A DNA stretch of 64,000 nucleotides from Candidatus Nezhaarchaeales archaeon (GTDB taxonomy: Archaea > Thermoproteota > Methanomethylicia > Nezhaarchaeales > WYZ-LMO8), in contig JAWAKK010000001.1 of the NCBI GenBank assembly GCA_038887515.1, forward strand, positions 320,001-384,000, in the 5' to 3' direction. Of the stretch, positions 58,984 to 64,000 are shown one piece after another. Each line of letters begins with the position of its first letter. Positions within the stretch are counted from its first letter, which is position 1. The notes under the pieces were generated by a model. The model was not told where the DNA came from. It did not search any database and saw only the letters and a program-made list of their open reading frames with translations. The translations under genes and the position numbers were made by a program.

Positions 58984-59634
58984 TTGGCTCTCGACTTTCT
59001 AGCTCAAGTAGTAATCATATCGGCTTCCGGAGCTCTAGCTCCAGGTCCTTTAACAACTTTAACGGCTACCATCGGCGCTAAGAGAGGATGGAAAGCTGGC
59101 CTTTTAGTAGCTCTGGGCCACACGGCGGTGGAGCTACCGCTAGTAATCCTAATAGCGCTCGGGGTCCTAGCGATCTTTGAAGACAACTTTACTTCAAGTC
59201 TTCTAGCCTTAATAGGAGGATCCTTCCTCTTGTTTTTCGGGGTCTTGACCCTTAAGGACTCTTTAAGATGGCACTCCTCGAGTGTGTCTATCAACTCTAA
59301 AGCGAAGAAATCGTATGAGAACCCCATACTCATAGGCATAACTCTCTCCGCTCTAAACCCGTTCTTCATTATTTGGTGGCTCGGGGTAGGCTCGCCTCTG
59401 GTCTACGAGGCTTTAAGGCTTTGGAGCTTCCAAGGCTTGGCTTTAATGTATGTAAGTCACGTATGGCTTGATTTCGCTTGGCTTCCATCAGTTGCATATC
59501 TCGCTTCTCTTGGAAAGTTCAACATTAAATTTTTGAGAGCACTGTTAGCGGCCTTAGCGTTAGCCATCCTATACTTCGCCTTTTCGTTCATTGCTAGCGG
59601 GCTCAGCACCCTTGCCACGACGAAGTTAAGTTAA
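58984..59634 (+). CDS. LysE-family exporter
   Basis: SGALAPGPL, G.LVALGH..VE and LNPFFIIWW motifs. Confidence 0.88.
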   Translation: MALDFLAQVVIISASGALAPGPLTTLTATIGAKRGWKAGLLVALGHTAVELPLVILIALGVLAIFEDNFTSSLLALIGGSFLLFFGVLTLKDSLRWHSSSVSINSKAKKSYENPILIGITLSALNPFFIIWWLGVGSPLVYEALRLWSFQGLALMYVSHVWLDFAWLPSVAYLASLGKFNIKFLRALLAALALAILYFAFSFIASGLSTLATTKLS

Positions 59635-59675
59635 AGTGGATCTCACCTAGACGGCTCTTTTATGGTGGGGGCCAG

Positions 59676-60284
59676 GTGAAGCTTGTCCCGTGGCGCAGGA
59701 TCGAAAGCTGGTCCTGCATTGCGTGTGGAGATTGCTGTAAGGAATTTAGAGTCCCCTTAAAAGCCTATGAGGCGGCGAGGCTCGCGAGGTTATTCGGTTA
59801 TACGTGCATAGAATTTAACATCGAAAGGTACGTTTTGAGGAAGAGACTTGATGGAAGGTGTATCTTTCAGGTATACAGTAATGGTAAATGGGTTTGTGGT
59901 ATCCAAAGCATTAAACCTTTGGCATGTAAGATCTGGCCTTTCCTAGTATCTCATATGCCCTCTCACGGATCTAAGGAGGAAGCTTGGTACGAGTACGAAG
60001 GCCGTAAGTACTACATCTATGTTAACACTTTTTGTAGAGGAATCGCGTACGGCAAGCCTACTAAGACGTTATCGGAAAAAGTCTTACCAGAGTTCATAGA
60101 GCTAAGTCTAGGTATTAGAGAAAAGCAAAATCTATCAACGTCTATGTTAGTGAACTATGGACAAAAGGGTCATACAATCCCACTTGTCAACGTCAATTAC
60201 CTATTATTGCGAGGCGGTAGACCCTACGTTCTTATACCCTTATACTATGGTGGACTTTGCAAATTCGGTGGCTTAACAAGTTAA
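59676..60284 (+). CDS. YkgJ-family cysteine-cluster protein
   Basis: CIACGDCC...GRCIF...CGIQ..KP.ACKIWPF...CRG. Confidence 0.82.
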   Translation: MKLVPWRRIESWSCIACGDCCKEFRVPLKAYEAARLARLFGYTCIEFNIERYVLRKRLDGRCIFQVYSNGKWVCGIQSIKPLACKIWPFLVSHMPSHGSKEEAWYEYEGRKYYIYVNTFCRGIAYGKPTKTLSEKVLPEFIELSLGIREKQNLSTSMLVNYGQKGHTIPLVNVNYLLLRGGRPYVLIPLYYGGLCKFGGLTS

Positions 60285-60334
60285 AGCTAATAGTTTAGCT
60301 CCAAAATTTATGGAAAAGAGGGAGGGGTTAAAAG

Positions 60335-60421
60335 ATGAAGGTAGGGCTAAGTAAGTGCTCTCTGTGCGGGGTGCTCTTCGCTAAAGTAAGTTGTAAAGCT
60401 TGTAAGAGAATCTCTAAGTAG
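60335..60421 (+). CDS. Putative 28-aa zinc-finger microprotein
   Basis: MKVGLSKCSLCGVLFAKVSCKACKRISK, with a GGAGGGG RBS-like site upstream. Confidence 0.5.
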   Translation: MKVGLSKCSLCGVLFAKVSCKACKRISK

Positions 60422-60427
60422 TAAGAT

Positions 60428-61501
60428 TCATTCTTCATTTTCTACGAAGTTTAAGGCCACCATGTAATCTCCAGAGGCTCCTACAACTATTCTTTGATAC
60501 CTCAAGCCCTTGAAGTTAACTTCTTCAAGTCTACCCTCCACCTCTATTACTTCACCTTTAACTGCTTGCTCAGAGAACCTTCCCCTAAAAGAAGTAACTT
60601 CTTTTAGTAAGCTGGAATTCACGCTTCCGCTTACGACCTCTAGGCACCTGACCTTATAAGTGCACGGCGTAAACAGCGACTCAGAATCATCAGTTACAAC
60701 GGCTCTAACCTTAGCTCTACCTAAACCCCTACTCCTCCTTTCACCATAAGTTTCGCCTATCTCATGAAGATCCTTGACGAAGCGGATGAAGTAAGTATAT
60801 CCTCTATATACTCCTTGAATAACCTTCCTCCTTTCCTGTTTCACGAAGACGTCATAACTCATCGGAGTCTCCGAAGACCTAAACTCAAAAAGTTTCTTCA
60901 AGTACTCCTCATTAAACCTCTTGAAATGGTCTTCCTCATCTAGAAGTTTTCTTAAAGCCCTCTGCACCTTAATGCTGTTAACTATGCCGTAGACGATGAG
61001 ATCTATATCTGATGTATGCGTGTGTAACGATAACAGGAGTGAACCCGATATCCCCATGTCGTTTAAGTCCACTCCTGATGCTGAGCTAATCTCTTCAGCG
61101 AAGCTCTTAGCTGCCTGTGCTAACGGATCTCTAATCCTATTCATTACTTCCATTAAGCCTTTGCTTGGATCATACACCCTCCAAATCTTCTTGCGTGGAA
61201 CCGACTGTAACTCTACGTCAAAGACCTCGTCGTAGTGCAGATATTGAGGGTACCTCGACCTTATTATCGATAGTTGCTCTTCAAATCCATATATCCTCCT
61301 ATACCTTACGTTGCTCCGTACCCTTTCCCCTTTCGGGTCAGCCATGTACCTCAAATATGCTATAATCCTATGAGGAGGATGGACAAGTCCCTTAACTGTA
61401 AATATCAGTTGTTCTGGAGTTTCTACGTAGCCTCCTTCAAGCATCCATCTTCCTCTTAATGTCTTCGAGCAGTTGCTCAATCTTGTCAAGCCTCCCTTCA
61501 A
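60428..61501 (-). CDS. Predicted archaeal nucleotidyltransferase (COG1665-like)
   Basis: F.VKG..HPP.R.IAYLRY and GISGS.L......SDIDL.VYG motifs. Confidence 0.8.
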   Translation of the reverse strand: MKGGLTRLSNCSKTLRGRWMLEGGYVETPEQLIFTVKGLVHPPHRIIAYLRYMADPKGERVRSNVRYRRIYGFEEQLSIIRSRYPQYLHYDEVFDVELQSVPRKKIWRVYDPSKGLMEVMNRIRDPLAQAAKSFAEEISSASGVDLNDMGISGSLLLSLHTHTSDIDLIVYGIVNSIKVQRALRKLLDEEDHFKRFNEEYLKKLFEFRSSETPMSYDVFVKQERRKVIQGVYRGYTYFIRFVKDLHEIGETYGERRSRGLGRAKVRAVVTDDSESLFTPCTYKVRCLEVVSGSVNSSLLKEVTSFRGRFSEQAVKGEVIEVEGRLEEVNFKGLRYQRIVVGASGDYMVALNFVENEE

Positions 61502-62150
61502 TCTTCTTTAACCTGTCTTCAAGCTCTTTGTAGGCTAAAATCCTTTTTACCTGAAGTTTCAGCTTATCGAAGTTCCAAGACCCCCTTACAATTCCTCGAG
61601 CTCTTAGATTATTTATTTGGCACCATATGTCTTGGACTGTCAACTTAAGCTTAGAAGATGCTTCCTCCATATCGCTCGACGATGCTATGGCTTTCAGCAG
61701 CTTGAGGTCTCTCTTCGTAAGCTTCTCCCTGTACGGTAGAGGTATCAAGCAACCTAGCTCGTCTACGGAGTCCTGTAGGGCGGCTTTAACTGCTAACTCC
61801 AGTTCCTCGACTTCGAGGAGCATGTAGTACTCCGGTATCGTTAAGACCCTTACGTTAAGCTCTCTAGCTACAGTCTCAGCTGCGGCATCGGCAAAGCCTT
61901 TACATATTATTAGGGGCTTCATCCCCAGGAGGAGGGCCCCCGTATAAGCTTGCCTAATATCGCTCACGTTTGCTTTGCCTGCCTTAACCTCGACTGCGTA
62001 GAGGTCCCCTTCAGGGCTTGAAGCTACTATATCGACTTCCCCCACTTCAACCCCATCCTTAACTATCTTCTTCCTAGCGTCTAGGACCTTGAAGCCTATC
62101 TTCTCTAAGATCCCTACAGCTACCCTCTCGCTACTTAACCCTCTTTTCAA
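61437..62150 (-). CDS. PD-(D/E)xK endonuclease-fold protein with C-terminal HTH and coiled coil
   Basis: SSE..A..IL...G...GEVDIVA...YAVEVKAG. Confidence 0.75.
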   Translation of the reverse strand: MKRGLSSERVAVGILEKIGFKVLDARKKIVKDGVEVGEVDIVASSPEGDLYAVEVKAGKANVSDIRQAYTGALLLGMKPLIICKGFADAAAETVARELNVRVLTIPEYYMLLEVEELELAVKAALQDSVDELGCLIPLPYREKLTKRDLKLLKAIASSSDMEEASSKLKLTVQDIWCQINNLRARGIVRGSWNFDKLKLQVKRILAYKELEDRLKKIEGRLDKIEQLLEDIKRKMDA

Positions 62151-62161
62151 GCCTCACCGAC

Positions 62162-63379
62162 CTAAAACAAGTTCCTAGCAACCTTCAACGCTAACATCGG
62201 GTGCTTCATCAATTTCACGGCAACCTTCAATGTATCCCATCCGTTTGCTAGGTTCACTACGTCGTCTCCACTTAACACATTGGCTAGCATGTTTAGCTCC
62301 TCATCTTTAAGTTTCTCTATAGCTCTCAGCGCCTTAAGGCTCCTCCTTATCCTAGAGCCCCAAGGCTCCTCGTACCTTGAAGGATACTCGGAGAGGGCTT
62401 GAAGCGAAGCATCGCCCTTAACCACTGCTCTGCCAGCAACTTCGCCGCCTATCTTTCCAGCAGCTATCGACGAGTGTATGCCTCCACCAGTTAGCGGTAT
62501 TACTTGACCGGCTGAGTCGCCGCACAGCATTAGCTTATCGGCCACTATGCCCTTGAGCATGCCTCCTACGGGGACTGCCGCAGCCCCGAAATCCACCACC
62601 TCAGCTTTCTCGAAGAGGTCTCGATGCTTCTTCACGAAGGCTTTCAAGTAGTTTATTGCTGGTCCTCCCCATCTAACTCCTAAGCCTACGTTAGCCACTT
62701 TATTGCCTCTTGGGAAGACCCAAGCGTACCCCCCCGGCGCCACGTTGTTGCCCACGTAGAACATGAGTACGTCGTTGTAGGGCAGGTTCACATTTTTCAT
62801 CCTGTACTGGACACATGGTATGAGTTCGTAGTTACTTCTATCGAAGAACTTTCGGGCAACGATAGACGTGTAGCCTTCACAGCCTATCACTAGCTTAGCC
62901 CTAACCATCAGCTTCCCGGCACCTCCACAAGCTCGGCTAACAACCCCGTCATCTACAAGCTCCACGTCATCAACCTTAATATTCGTCAGTATTTCAGCTC
63001 CACAACCTACAGCCACCTCAGCCATCCTCTTAAGGAACATCTTCTTATCTATGATGTAGCCCTGCACCTCGCCTTCACTCACAAGCCTAACTTTCTTAGT
63101 CTCATCAGGAGCGTAAACCTCAAACCCTCTTATCTTCTCTAAGACGATATCGCTTGATGGTGGGAGCTCGGCAGTTTCAAAGCACGCTGATGAAACGCCT
63201 TCTCCACAAGGCTTCAAGCCGAACGCCTCTTTAGCTTCTAGGAGTAGGACCTTAGATCCCTGCTTAGCAGCGTACCGAGCAGCCATCAGCCCTGCAGGGC
63301 CGCCACCAATCACTAAAACGTCGCATCGCATCTCCCTGCTCATACCTATCCAGGAAATATCTCCACATAAGGGTAGCAT
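62162..63379 (-). CDS. Geranylgeranyl reductase family (DGGGPL reductase-like)
   Basis: IGGGPAG, KPCGEG, APGGYAWVFP and GDSAGQV.P.TGGGI motifs. Confidence 0.9.
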   Translation of the reverse strand: MLPLCGDISWIGMSREMRCDVLVIGGGPAGLMAARYAAKQGSKVLLLEAKEAFGLKPCGEGVSSACFETAELPPSSDIVLEKIRGFEVYAPDETKKVRLVSEGEVQGYIIDKKMFLKRMAEVAVGCGAEILTNIKVDDVELVDDGVVSRACGGAGKLMVRAKLVIGCEGYTSIVARKFFDRSNYELIPCVQYRMKNVNLPYNDVLMFYVGNNVAPGGYAWVFPRGNKVANVGLGVRWGGPAINYLKAFVKKHRDLFEKAEVVDFGAAAVPVGGMLKGIVADKLMLCGDSAGQVIPLTGGGIHSSIAAGKIGGEVAGRAVVKGDASLQALSEYPSRYEEPWGSRIRRSLKALRAIEKLKDEELNMLANVLSGDDVVNLANGWDTLKVAVKLMKHPMLALKVARNLF

Positions 63380-63680
63380 TAATTGTTTACCCTTAATGAA
63401 AAAGGGCCTCTTCTTTGAGCAACAGCCTCAAACTTTGACGTATTCAAGCTAAAATCTCTAGGTCTCTTGGTTAATAGGCTTCACGTCGTGAATTGATATG
63501 GCTTTACGAGCATTTTATTGGCATTGAGTACTTTAGCTAACGCCGGTGTAAACTCGTATCTAGATAACCTTCCACTAACTAAATATGTGATTCCCGTAGC
63601 CTTTGTCAACCAGCCTAGCATTGTTTATGCTAACTGTCGATGTACTCCTAGAATTGTGTGAAGTAAAAAAAAGTTGTAAG

Positions 63681-64000
63681 TTATCTTTTCCCTTTTGGAA
63701 GGTACTTGGAGATTACTGATGCAAATGATGGTAGGGTTCTCGTCTGGATCCATATTCTTCCGGGTCCCGTCGTTTCTATTACTAGCCCTTCGCCCCCGAA
63801 GAAAAAGGTCTTCAGCCCACCTAGTTTTCTTATTCTCCATTGAATCGTTCCATCCATGGCTACAAAGTGCCCATTATCTACTGTAACCCTTTCACCAGGT
63901 CCTAGTGATATCTCCTCTATTGCACCATAACTGTTCACGAACACCAGCCCTCTTCCACTTGCTTTTAGCCAGAAGAGCTCGCCTTCAGCTATTAGCCCTT
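63681..64000 (-). CDS. AIM24/TIGR00266-family protein, 3' part (start lies beyond the window)
   Basis: SYGAI, VDNGHFVA, GGEGLV...GPG.IW.QTR motifs. Confidence 0.85.
   Translation of the reverse strand, partial: GLIAEGELFWLKASGRGLVFVNSYGAIEEISLGPGERVTVDNGHFVAMDGTIQWRIRKLGGLKTFFFGGEGLVIETTGPGRIWIQTRTLPSFASVISKYLPKGKR

Noticed and set aside
1-64000. CRISPR array, tRNA or rRNA genes
   Set aside because: No regularly spaced repeats, cloverleaf patterns or long GC-rich structural RNA tracts seen by eye.

Overview
Chromosomal window from an archaeon. The evidence is rpl35ae, an Hjc-like resolvase, DGGGP synthase, geranylgeranyl reductase, translin and class III signal-peptide pilins. A TACK/Thermoproteota-type anaerobe is an inference from gene content. 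Much of the window is housekeeping, transport and regulation: hisIE, nadE, feoAB, topoisomerase IA, SOR/Prx, two SSS and two MFS transporters. The best candidate for an undescribed system is a cell-surface module at 41.4-56.4 kb. It holds a type IV pilus operon (major pilin, ATPase, TadC, five minor pilin-like genes) behind a twice-repeated TTGCAT-N4-ATGCAA palindrome. It is followed by an exported, membrane-anchored rhodanese and a pilin-like-leader ABC binding protein. A second orphan pilin plus a 938-aa pilin-leader adhesin lies at 4.3-7.5 kb, near a stand-alone serine recombinase. Features missing from the ORF track include a C/D-box sRNA, tandem DtxR-type boxes, several microproteins, an AT-rich palindrome-rich island and several interrupted genes. 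No rRNA, tRNA, CRISPR array or complete IS element was seen. All family calls come from motif recognition by eye; no database search was run.
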